Shown one piece after another: positions 26,538 to 34,854 of a stretch of DNA of 64,000 nt; within the stretch, counting starts at the first letter, position 1; each line of letters begins with the position of its first letter. This DNA comes from a virus. Both the position numbers and the translations under genes were made by a program. The notes beneath the pieces are model-generated. The model was not told the origin of the DNA. It did no database searches and saw only the letters and a program-made list of their open reading frames with translations. Location of the stretch: the IMG/VR virus record IMGVR_UViG_3300032805_000003, positions 24,939 through 88,938 of that record, one strand, 5' to 3'.

Positions 26538-28110
26538 AGCGCCGGAAGACCGGCTTCGCCGGCTGAAAGAGCTTCAGGACCAGTGGGAGGCGCTGGAGAA
26601 GATCCGGCTCGCTGAACTGGACGTGTTCGACCTGATCGGCTACAGCCCGTCGCCGAAGCAAGCCGAGTTCCATGCAGCCCGCGAGTTCGACATCTTGTAC
26701 GGCGGCGCGGCCGGCGGCGGCAAGTCGGCGGCGCTGGTCGCCGAAGGCCTCAGAGCGTGCGCCCGCTACCCGGGCCTGCGGTGCCTGCTGGTGCGCCGCA
26801 CGTACGACGAGCTCGAGGAATCCATCTTCCCGGCGCTCCGCAAGTTCCACATGGGCGAGCCGGTCGGCGCACGATGGAACGGCACCACCCGCGAGCTCAG
26901 CTTCACCAACGGCAGCTTGTTCCGGTTCCGGTACATGGAAACCCTCGCCCACGCCTCCAGGAGACAAGGCGGCGAGTACCAGCTGCTGCTGGTCGACGAG
27001 CTCACGCTGATGGTCCCCGGCGTCGTCGACATCCTCCGTTTCGAACGCCTCCGCGCCTCCGGTGACCAGCCGATCATCGGGGTCCGGTGCACCAGCAACC
27101 CGGGCGGCCCCGGCCACGGCCAGGTCAAAGCCCGCTATATCGACGCCACCCGCCATGGCCAGCGGATCGTCACCGACGAAAACGGGCTGACGATCCGGTT
27201 CATCCACGCGAAAGCGACTGACAACCCGCACCTGGACCCGGGTTACCAGCAACGCCTCGACGCGATCCCGGACCCGGCCCGCCGGGCGGCGATGCGCGAC
27301 GGAGACTGGGACCAGTTCGCCGGCATGGTCTTCAAAGAGTTCCGGCGAGATCTGCACACCGTCGACCCGGTCCAGCTGCCGTTGTCCTGGCGCCGGTACA
27401 ACGGCATCGACTGGGGATTCGCCGCCCCGTGGGCTGTCCTGTGGGGCGCGCTGGACGAAGACGGCCGGGTCTGGATCTACCGGGAGATTTACCGGACCCA
27501 CGTCGGTGAAGCCGACCAGGCGCGCAGCATCCTGGCGGCGGAAGCTGACGGAGAGCACGTCAGCGTCCGGTACGCCGACGACGCGATGTGGGCCACCCGC
27601 GGCGACGCGAAACCGATCTCAGAGGTCTACGCGGAGGAAGCGGTCCCGCTGACGCAAGCCGGCTCGTCCGCAGGCAGCCGGATCGCGGGCTGGCAACGGA
27701 TCCACAGCTACATGCGGGAAGGGCCAGCGTGCCAGCTGCACCGGGCCGAAGGCCGGGACACCTGCCCGATGATCCATTTCTTCCGGACCTGCGAGAACCT
27801 GCTGTCCGAGCTTACGAACATCCCGTACGCCACCACCGGCAACCCGGAAGACACCGACCCGAACGCGCCAGATCACGCGTGTGACGCTCTCCGGTACCTG
27901 CTGATCAACCTGGGAACCGGACCCCAGTTCGTCATCCTGGCCGACGCCCCCAAGCCGCTGGAAGCCGACGGGGTGGAAGTGCTCCAGCCGGCCGGGTCGT
28001 TCGCTGTCCGGCCCGATCCGGCGGACATCCTGTTCGGGTCATCCAGCCAGGCTGCTGCCGACAGCGACGGGCCTCGCGCCGGCGCGACCCAGAAAGCTCC
28101 CTGGATGTGA
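26497..28110 (+). CDS. Terminase large subunit
   Basis: YGGAAGGGKS, LLVDELT, TSNPGGPGH, DNPHL, GIDWG, DHACDALRY; start uncertain. Confidence 0.95.
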   Translation: MPSASGLPPKLLVEAPEDRLRRLKELQDQWEALEKIRLAELDVFDLIGYSPSPKQAEFHAAREFDILYGGAAGGGKSAALVAEGLRACARYPGLRCLLVRRTYDELEESIFPALRKFHMGEPVGARWNGTTRELSFTNGSLFRFRYMETLAHASRRQGGEYQLLLVDELTLMVPGVVDILRFERLRASGDQPIIGVRCTSNPGGPGHGQVKARYIDATRHGQRIVTDENGLTIRFIHAKATDNPHLDPGYQQRLDAIPDPARRAAMRDGDWDQFAGMVFKEFRRDLHTVDPVQLPLSWRRYNGIDWGFAAPWAVLWGALDEDGRVWIYREIYRTHVGEADQARSILAAEADGEHVSVRYADDAMWATRGDAKPISEVYAEEAVPLTQAGSSAGSRIAGWQRIHSYMREGPACQLHRAEGRDTCPMIHFFRTCENLLSELTNIPYATTGNPEDTDPNAPDHACDALRYLLINLGTGPQFVILADAPKPLEADGVEVLQPAGSFAVRPDPADILFGSSSQAAADSDGPRAGATQKAPWM

Positions 28111-28117
28111 CCCGGAC

Positions 28118-28375
28118 ATGTCCGGACATCTTCCCTCGCCGCCGCAGGTCGCACCCGAACCAGCCAGTAACAGATCATGGGCGGGACGGACCGAGACGGA
28201 CCGGCTGACGGTGATGAACACCTGGCGCCGGCAGGCCGCCGTCTCCTACGGCGTCCCTCGCCGCAAACTGCGGCTGGTGTTCTGGTGCGAGAACGACCAC
28301 GACATGGTCACCTGGATGGCCTGCCCTGACGACAACCCGTGCTGCTGGTTCTGCGGCCAGCCCGGCCGACGATGA
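28118..28375 (+). CDS. Hypothetical small Cys-rich protein
   Basis: C..H...CWFCG; start uncertain. Confidence 0.4.
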   Translation: MSGHLPSPPQVAPEPASNRSWAGRTETDRLTVMNTWRRQAAVSYGVPRRKLRLVFWCENDHDMVTWMACPDDNPCCWFCGQPGRR

Positions 28376-28393
28376 TCACCTGGGAGGTCGGCC

Positions 28394-30385
28394 GTGCCTC
28401 TCCGTGATTACCTGCCTGCGCCGCGGCCGAAAGGACGGCACCACGCCCCGCCGGTGATCACCGAAGCCGCGCCCCAGTACACCCGCGCCCAAGGCGCCCA
28501 GAACCGGGTGACACCGTCTCCCGAGCGCGCAGGGTTCGTCTGGGGCATCCCCCCGGGCGGGCTGGATGAATACAACCAGGCCACCGGCGCCAGCACCCAG
28601 ACCGACCGTAAATCCCTCATGCAACAGCTGTACGAGGGATACGTCGCCTGCCCGTGGGCCTGGTCGTGCGTTCAGGCGATCGCCCGCACAGTCACCAGCG
28701 GCGGGCTGGTCACCCAATGGGACGGCGACACCGACAACGCGAACCCGAAAGCCCCGGACAAGCCAGACAACGTGCTGGCGCTGGAACGGCTGCTGGCGTT
28801 CGTCAACCCGCAGCAGAACATCCGCCAGCTGTGCCGGAACATCATCGCCGACTTGCAAGTCTTCGCCGACGCCTACATCGAGATCGTCTGGTGGGGGAAC
28901 CTGCCGGTCGCGTTGTACAACCAGGACAGCCCGACGACGTACCCGGTCGCTGACGAACACGGCGCGATCACCAAATACGTCCAGATCACCGACTTCGGCC
29001 AGCGCGCCAGCTTTGACCCGCGCGAGATCATCCATATCTCGCTGGACGCAGCCCGCCCCGGCGTCCAGGGCGTGTCCCCGATGCAAGCCGCCTTGCTGCC
29101 GGTGACCGCCTGGCTGTTCGCTGCTGCAGACGGGAAAGAAGGCTTCCGCAAAGGCCTGCCCCCGTCGTTCCACGCCGACTTCCCCGGCGGGGCGCAAGAG
29201 AAAGAGATGCGCCTGTGGCGCGACCAGTACTACACCCAGAACCTGGGCGCCCGGAACATCGGAACCCCGGTGATCACCAAAGGCGGTGTCCGGCTCACCG
29301 AACTCCAGCAAGGCCGGATCGCGGACGTCCTCCAGTTCAAGAACCAGTGCCGGGACGAGATCTTCGCCACCTTCGGCGTCCCGCCGTCGAAAGCGACAGT
29401 GATCGAATCCGGCAACCTGGGCGGCGGCACCGGGGAAGCGCAAGACAAGTCGTACCGGATCGACACCTGCGACCCGATCGCCGAGCTGGTTGAAGAAGCG
29501 TTCAACTATGCGCTGACCCAGCAGGCGTTCGGCATCGACGACTGGCACCTCGAGTTCGTCGACACCGACTACCGGGACTCTCAGGTGATCGAGCAGATCC
29601 GGGACATGCGGCTCCGGAACGGGTCATGGACCCGGAACCGGTACTCCGCTGAAATCGGCGAACCGCCGGTCGAAGGCGGCGACGACGCAGTCCTGGTCGA
29701 CCGGCAGAACCTGGTGCTCTGGTCAGACATGCGAGCCATGTCCGCGGCGATGGTCGCGTCGAAACAGCCGGCTGGCCAGCAGCTTGCGGCGCTCCAGCCA
29801 GGTACCCAGCCGCCAGCCAGCCCGCCCGCCCCGGACGACCAGGACGACGACCAGGATCCGGATGCCCGCGAGACAGCCCGCCGGTACGCGACGGCGTACC
29901 GGATCCGGCTGGCCGCGGCGCTGAAAGCGCTGCCGGTCCTCACCGAAGCACATCCGGCGCTCGCTGACGCCAGCCAGGCTGTTTATGACCAGCTGGCGCA
30001 AAACTTCCCTGCCCGGTCGATCGGCTGGGTGCGTGACCTGGAATGGGAAGGACCGGTGCGAGTCCCGGCTGACCATATCGACGTCCAGCATGCAGACGAG
30101 TGGGCCGCCAGCCATGACGGACGTTTGCCCAAGTTCGTCAAAAAGCTGAAGCGACGCCAGCGCAACGGCCGCGAGCTCAAGCCGGCGGTGTATGTCCGGA
30201 CCCCCGGCCAGCCGAAAGACGTGATCGTCGACGGGCATCACCGGACGCTGGCGTACCTGGACCAGGGGCAAGCACCGCTGGCGTACATCGGGCGGGCGTC
30301 CAGCGACCAGGGCCCGTGGGACGAGCTTCACGCCGCCCAGTATCCGGATCATCACCACCGGCCGGATGACAACCAGATGCAGTAA
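28394..30385 (+). CDS. Portal protein with C-terminal ParB/Srx-like domain
   Basis: HK97-like portal motifs (GVSPMQA, RDEIFATFGVPP, GEPPVEGGD) then IVDGHHR domain. Confidence 0.88.
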   Translation: MPLRDYLPAPRPKGRHHAPPVITEAAPQYTRAQGAQNRVTPSPERAGFVWGIPPGGLDEYNQATGASTQTDRKSLMQQLYEGYVACPWAWSCVQAIARTVTSGGLVTQWDGDTDNANPKAPDKPDNVLALERLLAFVNPQQNIRQLCRNIIADLQVFADAYIEIVWWGNLPVALYNQDSPTTYPVADEHGAITKYVQITDFGQRASFDPREIIHISLDAARPGVQGVSPMQAALLPVTAWLFAAADGKEGFRKGLPPSFHADFPGGAQEKEMRLWRDQYYTQNLGARNIGTPVITKGGVRLTELQQGRIADVLQFKNQCRDEIFATFGVPPSKATVIESGNLGGGTGEAQDKSYRIDTCDPIAELVEEAFNYALTQQAFGIDDWHLEFVDTDYRDSQVIEQIRDMRLRNGSWTRNRYSAEIGEPPVEGGDDAVLVDRQNLVLWSDMRAMSAAMVASKQPAGQQLAALQPGTQPPASPPAPDDQDDDQDPDARETARRYATAYRIRLAAALKALPVLTEAHPALADASQAVYDQLAQNFPARSIGWVRDLEWEGPVRVPADHIDVQHADEWAASHDGRLPKFVKKLKRRQRNGRELKPAVYVRTPGQPKDVIVDGHHRTLAYLDQGQAPLAYIGRASSDQGPWDELHAAQYPDHHHRPDDNQMQ

Positions 30386-30422
30386 CCAGCGAACGTCACC
30401 GCCAGCCGGTACTATCAGGCGC

Positions 30423-30572
30423 ATGACAGCGCAACTTGCCACAGAACTGCGTGATTCTGTGCGACGTTGCCGGCGCCGGCTGCCCATGAGCTCGGACGAC
30501 GAAACGCCGCAATGGTGCCAGCGGCCAGCCGGTCACCAGTTCGGCTGTTCACCAGTGCCGGACCAGTCCTGA
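30423..30572 (+). CDS. Small leaderless zinc-knuckle-like protein
   Basis: TACTAT-N7-ATG; C...CQRPAGHQFGC motif shared with the 25421 gene. Confidence 0.5.
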   Translation: MTAQLATELRDSVRRCRRRLPMSSDDETPQWCQRPAGHQFGCSPVPDQS

Positions 30573-30838
30573 TGGCTGGCAGCCCGATGGTCAGCATCCC
30601 GATCAGGCTCGAGGCAGACCATCTCACCGGCGCGATCGACCTTATGATCAAGCATCTGACCGCTTTGCGTGACGACCTGGTCGCCTACGCCGCCGGTGAT
30701 GATCCCCGGATGCTGGACGATCTGGAGTACCGGACTGGTGCAGCACCCCGGTTCGTGTGCACCAGGCACGGGTGGGCGTCGAACTTCACCCCGTGTCCGC
30801 GCGCCGGCCACGCACCAGCCGGAACCCAGCGGCTGTGA
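30572..30838 (+). CDS. Hypothetical protein
   Basis: TGATG coupling; C..HG......CP motif. Confidence 0.5.
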   Translation: MAGSPMVSIPIRLEADHLTGAIDLMIKHLTALRDDLVAYAAGDDPRMLDDLEYRTGAAPRFVCTRHGWASNFTPCPRAGHAPAGTQRL

Positions 30839-30996
30839 ACGGCGCCGAATTCGGGCCTGACGGCAGCAACTGGCGCTGGAAAGCCAGCGTTGCCTGGCTC
30901 TGGCTGACCCGCCCGAGGCTGATGACCAGCCTCCGCCGCCGCGGCCCGAAGCATCTGATCACGGTGCCGTCGCACACCTTCGGAGACGGCCAGTGA
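30835..30996 (+). CDS. Small hypothetical protein
   Basis: GTGA coupled at both ends. Confidence 0.4.
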   Translation: MNGAEFGPDGSNWRWKASVAWLWLTRPRLMTSLRRRGPKHLITVPSHTFGDGQ

Positions 30997-31129
30997 GCCA
31001 GCCTGACCCGCCCGCCGGTGACACACCAGCGGATGAACCCGGCCGGCGAGACTTCCCGGACTGGCCGATGACCGCGCAGGACGCGGCCGCGCTATTGCCG
31101 AAGAACATCGGCTGACAGGAGACAAAGCC

Positions 31130-31387
31130 ATGGCACTGCTCGACGAACTTCTGCCCGCGCTGCGGGACCTGGCCTCCGGCGGTGACGCCCAGCTGGTCGC
31201 TGACGTCCAGCAACTGGAAGGAATCGTCAGCCGTCGCGCTGCTTCAGCTGCGGCGGCCGTCGACCAGGCGGAGACGGAGGCGAAAAGCTGGCTGGCGGAC
31301 CGTCTCAAGGGCGTGCTGCCTGCCCCGTCCGCTGCGGTGAGCGAGCCGGCGCCGGAGTCGCCTGACCAGGTGACGGAGACCAGCTAA
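31130..31387 (+). CDS. Hypothetical protein
   Basis: AGGAG RBS; helical ORF. Confidence 0.6.
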   Translation: MALLDELLPALRDLASGGDAQLVADVQQLEGIVSRRAASAAAAVDQAETEAKSWLADRLKGVLPAPSAAVSEPAPESPDQVTETS

Positions 31388-31399
31388 GGCGGTCGCTGT

Positions 31400-31831
31400 A
31401 TGGGCCGCGGCCCGATACCGGGCCGGCGCACCGTACCCGAGCCGGCTACCCGGCGTCGTGTTTCACCGGACAGCCGGCGTCCGGTCACCGGGATGCGCGG
31501 CGGGTGGGAACGCTTGAGCGAATGCGTCCAGCGCGCCCTGGATCCCGAGTTGTTTTTCCCCGGCGTCGGTGAAGAGATCGACCCGGGCGTGTTCGCCGCC
31601 TGCTCGGCGTGCCAGGTCCGGCAGCAGTGTCTTCGCCGCAGTCTGGCGGTCGACCAGGTGAGCCTGGCGCAAACCGGTTACCGGTTCGGGATCTGGGGCG
31701 GGCTGACACCCCGGCAACGGACGAACCTGATCGCCGGCCGGACTGTCCGGACCAGCATCCCGACCGGTGAACGGAACCGGTACAAGAAACGCACCGTCGC
31801 CGGGGCTGCGCTTAAGGCGGTGAACAGCTAG
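31400..31831 (+). CDS. Second, divergent WhiB-family protein
   Basis: C....DPELFFP...CSACQVRQQCL...GIWGGLTPRQR. Confidence 0.85.
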   Translation: MGRGPIPGRRTVPEPATRRRVSPDSRRPVTGMRGGWERLSECVQRALDPELFFPGVGEEIDPGVFAACSACQVRQQCLRRSLAVDQVSLAQTGYRFGIWGGLTPRQRTNLIAGRTVRTSIPTGERNRYKKRTVAGAALKAVNS

Positions 31832-32178
31832 AAGCCGGAGGGTTCGGGGTGGCCGACCGGCCTGTGGTAAGCGGAGGACCCGGTCGCAACCCGGGCGCAG
31901 CGGGTTTGACAGCAGACGGCCGTGTGGTCCCGCCTCCCGCCATCGACCCGGACGCCTGGCTAGATGACACTCCGCTGGAGCTGGTGTTCGCCGCCGGGGC
32001 CTGGCCGCGACGTCAGGCACGCGCCAGCCGGCGCCAGCTGCTGGAGACGCTAGCCAGCCATGGTGTGACCGAGCAGGATTACCAGCTGGTCGAACACGCC
32101 CGCGAGCTGGTTCAGGAAGTGAACCAGCGGCTGGCCAGACGCGGATCCGCGCTGGTGTACGCGGTCACGTTGCAGGTG

Positions 32179-32352
32179 TCACCGGAGCCGGTTCATCCGC
32201 CGCAGCGACTGGAAGAACGACCGGGTGACGTTCCGGCGGACCAGCCGGCGACTCAATGCGCCGTGACCGCGTTCAGCAGCCGAAACGTCGCCCATCGTCC
32301 GCTGAGTGAAGTACAAGCCGCGCCGGATCTGGTCCCAGGTTGAACGAGCCAT
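32179..32352 (-). CDS. Small basic protein (57 aa) not in ORF track
   Basis: GGAGGTG RBS; MARSTWDQIRRGLYFTQRTMGDVSAAERGHGALSRRLVRRNVTRSFFQSLRRMNRLR; preceded by TAGGTT and the palindrome. Confidence 0.6.
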   Translation of the reverse strand: MARSTWDQIRRGLYFTQRTMGDVSAAERGHGALSRRLVRRNVTRSFFQSLRRMNRLR

Positions 32353-32368
32353 CGCACCTCACCTCCCT

Positions 32369-32400
32369 CATGTAGACAAACCTACACCTGGCCGGCGACA
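32369..32400 (-). promoter_or_regulatory. Leftward promoter with GTAG-N6-CTAC palindrome
   Basis: Minus strand TGTCGC-N10-TAGGTT-tgtctacATG. Confidence 0.55.
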
Positions 32401-32413
32401 CCCGGGGGCGATC

Positions 32414-33394
32414 GTGACTGATCTCGCCGAGCAAGCCCGGCTGGCGTACGCGGCCGGGTGGGCGCTGTCCGGCGGGCCGATGACTGCGCGTGTTCAGGCT
32501 GGCGGTGCCGCCGTCGTCGCCGCCAGCCTGAACACCCGCGATCCGGTGATCCTGGAAGTCGCGCTCCAGATCGGCAAGCTGGAAGGCACCTGGGCAACCT
32601 ACTTCCAGCGGCGGGAACGGCTGATCGCCGCCCAGACCGCCCTGGTGCTGAAGACCTGGCACCAGATCACCGCCAGCTTGCACCCCCGGCAGACGATCCG
32701 GCGGGTCAGCGCCGAACTCGGGCCCAAGCCGGATCCGGTGCAAGCCCGCGAGATCGCCGCAGTCGCCGCCGCCGGCTTGCTGTCCGGCGTGTACGCCCAC
32801 GACTCGCATCACCAGCTGCAGCAGATAGTGCAGGACGCGCTGAGGGCTGCGGCAGCTGAAGGCCAGGCCGGGTCGCTGGCGATCGCCGCCGACCGTCTTG
32901 GCCGGGCGTTCAGTTTCACCAGAACGTTCCGGATCTTGTACGGCCAGCTCGGGACGCTGCCCGAGTTGCCGTTGCTAGCCCAGCAATGGATCCAGCGGAT
33001 GATCGCCGGGGCTGCATCCTCCACCGGGTCGCTGATCGCCCGCATGATCACCGCCGGCAGCACCGAAACCGAAGTCGAGGCTGCGGTCACCAGCGCGCTC
33101 GGCACCGGCCTGGACGCAGCCGCCGGGCGGGCGGTGAAACTGTTCCTGGATCAGGCGATGACCCAGGCCATGTCTCAGGCGTCGATCCAGCTGTATCAGG
33201 CTGAAGGCGTCAGCCAGGTGTACTTCCTGACCGCCGGCGACGCCGCCGTCTGCGTCATGTGCCAGGAGGCGGCAGACGGGAACCCGTACACCACCCAAGA
33301 CGTCCCGACTCCCGGGCTGCATCCGGACTGCCGGTGCACCGTCACTCCAGCAGACCCGGAGCCGTATCAGGCGCTCGCCGCCTACCTGCCCTAG
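32414..33394 (+). CDS. MuF-like minor capsid/head morphogenesis protein
   Basis: C-terminal TAGD..VC.MC......PY....P.P.LHPDCRC. Confidence 0.75.
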   Translation: MTDLAEQARLAYAAGWALSGGPMTARVQAGGAAVVAASLNTRDPVILEVALQIGKLEGTWATYFQRRERLIAAQTALVLKTWHQITASLHPRQTIRRVSAELGPKPDPVQAREIAAVAAAGLLSGVYAHDSHHQLQQIVQDALRAAAAEGQAGSLAIAADRLGRAFSFTRTFRILYGQLGTLPELPLLAQQWIQRMIAGAASSTGSLIARMITAGSTETEVEAAVTSALGTGLDAAAGRAVKLFLDQAMTQAMSQASIQLYQAEGVSQVYFLTAGDAAVCVMCQEAADGNPYTTQDVPTPGLHPDCRCTVTPADPEPYQALAAYLP

Positions 33395-33407
33395 AAGGAG
33401 GCCTCGG

Positions 33408-33848
33408 ATGGCTGACGATCCGGTACGGCTTATCTGGTCGCTCGCCGGCTCAGGCGAAGGCGTGACGCTGACCGCCAGCGGCAACTCGGGCAGCTGGTCA
33501 TCCAGCAACCCGAACGCCAAAAGCCCGGTCGACTTGCGCTGGGTCGACGACGTCTGGATGTCCGTCAGCGTCGCCGGCGCGTCCGGCACCACCCCGACGC
33601 TGAAAGTCAACCTGAACGCTTTCGACGACCAGGGCAACCTGTTCGGCGGCGGCGCCAGCCCGCTGCTGGTCGCCCCCGCATCCGGGTCGATCACCGGCGC
33701 CGGGCAGACCGTCGTGTTCGGTGGCCGGCACGGCGGATCCGGCGGCTCGTACTTCGTGCTGCCGGAATGGGGTCAGGTGTCCTGGACGCTCGGCGGCACC
33801 AGCCCGTCGTTCACCGGCGTCGAAATCGCGCTCTACGGCCGCGGCTGA
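33408..33848 (+). CDS. Putative virion beta-sandwich (decoration) protein
   Basis: GGAGG RBS; Gly/Ser/Thr-rich, SGTTPTL, VSWTLGGTSPSFT. Confidence 0.6.
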   Translation: MADDPVRLIWSLAGSGEGVTLTASGNSGSWSSSNPNAKSPVDLRWVDDVWMSVSVAGASGTTPTLKVNLNAFDDQGNLFGGGASPLLVAPASGSITGAGQTVVFGGRHGGSGGSYFVLPEWGQVSWTLGGTSPSFTGVEIALYGRG

Positions 33849-33902
33849 ACCCCCGGCACACCTGCCAACCGATCAACACCTCGAGCCCAGGAGGACTCAG
33901 CC

Positions 33903-34226
33903 ATGGCGAAGAACCAGATCCTGACCGAGTACGACGACAACGGTTTCCCGGCGCAGGCGTGGGAGACCTTCCCGGTCACCCTCGGCGGCCTCCAGACCGT
34001 GAAAGCGGGCCCGGGCCGGCTGGTGAAAGTCACCGTCACCACGGCGACCGCGTCAGCGGCGGCGACGATCTACGACAACGCTTCCGCCGGCTCCGGCACC
34101 GAGTTGCTGGTGATCCCGGCCGCCGCGCCGGCGGGGACGGTGTACGACGTCCAGCTGCCGGCGGCGAACGGGATCACCGTGTCGTCGTCAGGAGCGACCG
34201 GCGGCATCACCGTCGGCTACAGCTGA
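33903..34226 (+). CDS. Small virion protein, paralogue A
   Basis: MAKN...YD.NGFP, KAGPGRL, IYDNASAGSGT, LPAANGIT, ITVGYS. Confidence 0.7.
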   Translation: MAKNQILTEYDDNGFPAQAWETFPVTLGGLQTVKAGPGRLVKVTVTTATASAAATIYDNASAGSGTELLVIPAAAPAGTVYDVQLPAANGITVSSSGATGGITVGYS

Positions 34227-34281
34227 CCGGCGCCCGCGTCTTTTCAGCCACATCGGGATCTAGGGAAGAGACGGTCAAGCC

Positions 34282-34611
34282 ATGGCCAAGAACGGGCTGT
34301 TCACCAACTACGACAACAACGGCTTCCCGGTGCAGGCGTCGTACACCGAGCCGGTTGCCGCCGGCGCCGGGACGACGACGATCAAAGCCGCAGCCGGCCG
34401 GCTGTGCCGGGTCGTCGTCACCACCGCCGGGACCTCCTCCGACAACCTGACGTTGTACGACAACGCGTCAGCCGGGTCAGGCACCGTCCTGGCGGTGATC
34501 CCGGGCGGCGGGACAGTCGGCACCGTGTACGCGCTGGATCTGCCGGCGGCGAACGGGATCACCGCGGTGAACGTCGCCTCCGGTCCGGCGGTCACAGTCG
34601 GCTACAGCTGA
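34282..34611 (+). CDS. Small virion protein, paralogue B
   Basis: Same motifs as the 33903 gene. Confidence 0.7.
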   Translation: MAKNGLFTNYDNNGFPVQASYTEPVAAGAGTTTIKAAAGRLCRVVVTTAGTSSDNLTLYDNASAGSGTVLAVIPGGGTVGTVYALDLPAANGITAVNVASGPAVTVGYS

Positions 34612-34614
34612 CCA

Positions 34615-34854
34615 GTGCCCAGTCCGGCACAGCAGGCGAAAGCCGCAGCTGAACGAACCCGGTTCACCGCCATGCTGCTGGAGGTTCTGGCTGACCCGGA
34701 GATCCGGCGTCAAGTGCAGGCGGCGCTGCGGCACACCAGCGCCGATTCTGGCCAGCGGCCGGGCCGGCGACGCGAATACGCGACGACGACGGCTAAAGCC
34801 CGCGAGTTGAAGACAGCACGGCTAGCAAGCCGGGGAGGCGTGCGGAATGGCTAA
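34615..34854 (+). CDS. Hypothetical protein
   Basis: ORF between paralogues and protease. Confidence 0.45.
   Translation: MPSPAQQAKAAAERTRFTAMLLEVLADPEIRRQVQAALRHTSADSGQRPGRRREYATTTAKARELKTARLASRGGVRNG

Noticed and set aside
31849-32343. 164-aa plus-strand ORF
   Set aside because: Its 3' third overlaps the antisense small gene and it has no motif; may be real but unsupported
33903-34611. Duplicated genes as template/variable repeats of a diversity-generating retroelement
   Set aside because: No reverse transcriptase seen, both copies are intact genes, and differences are not adenine-specific
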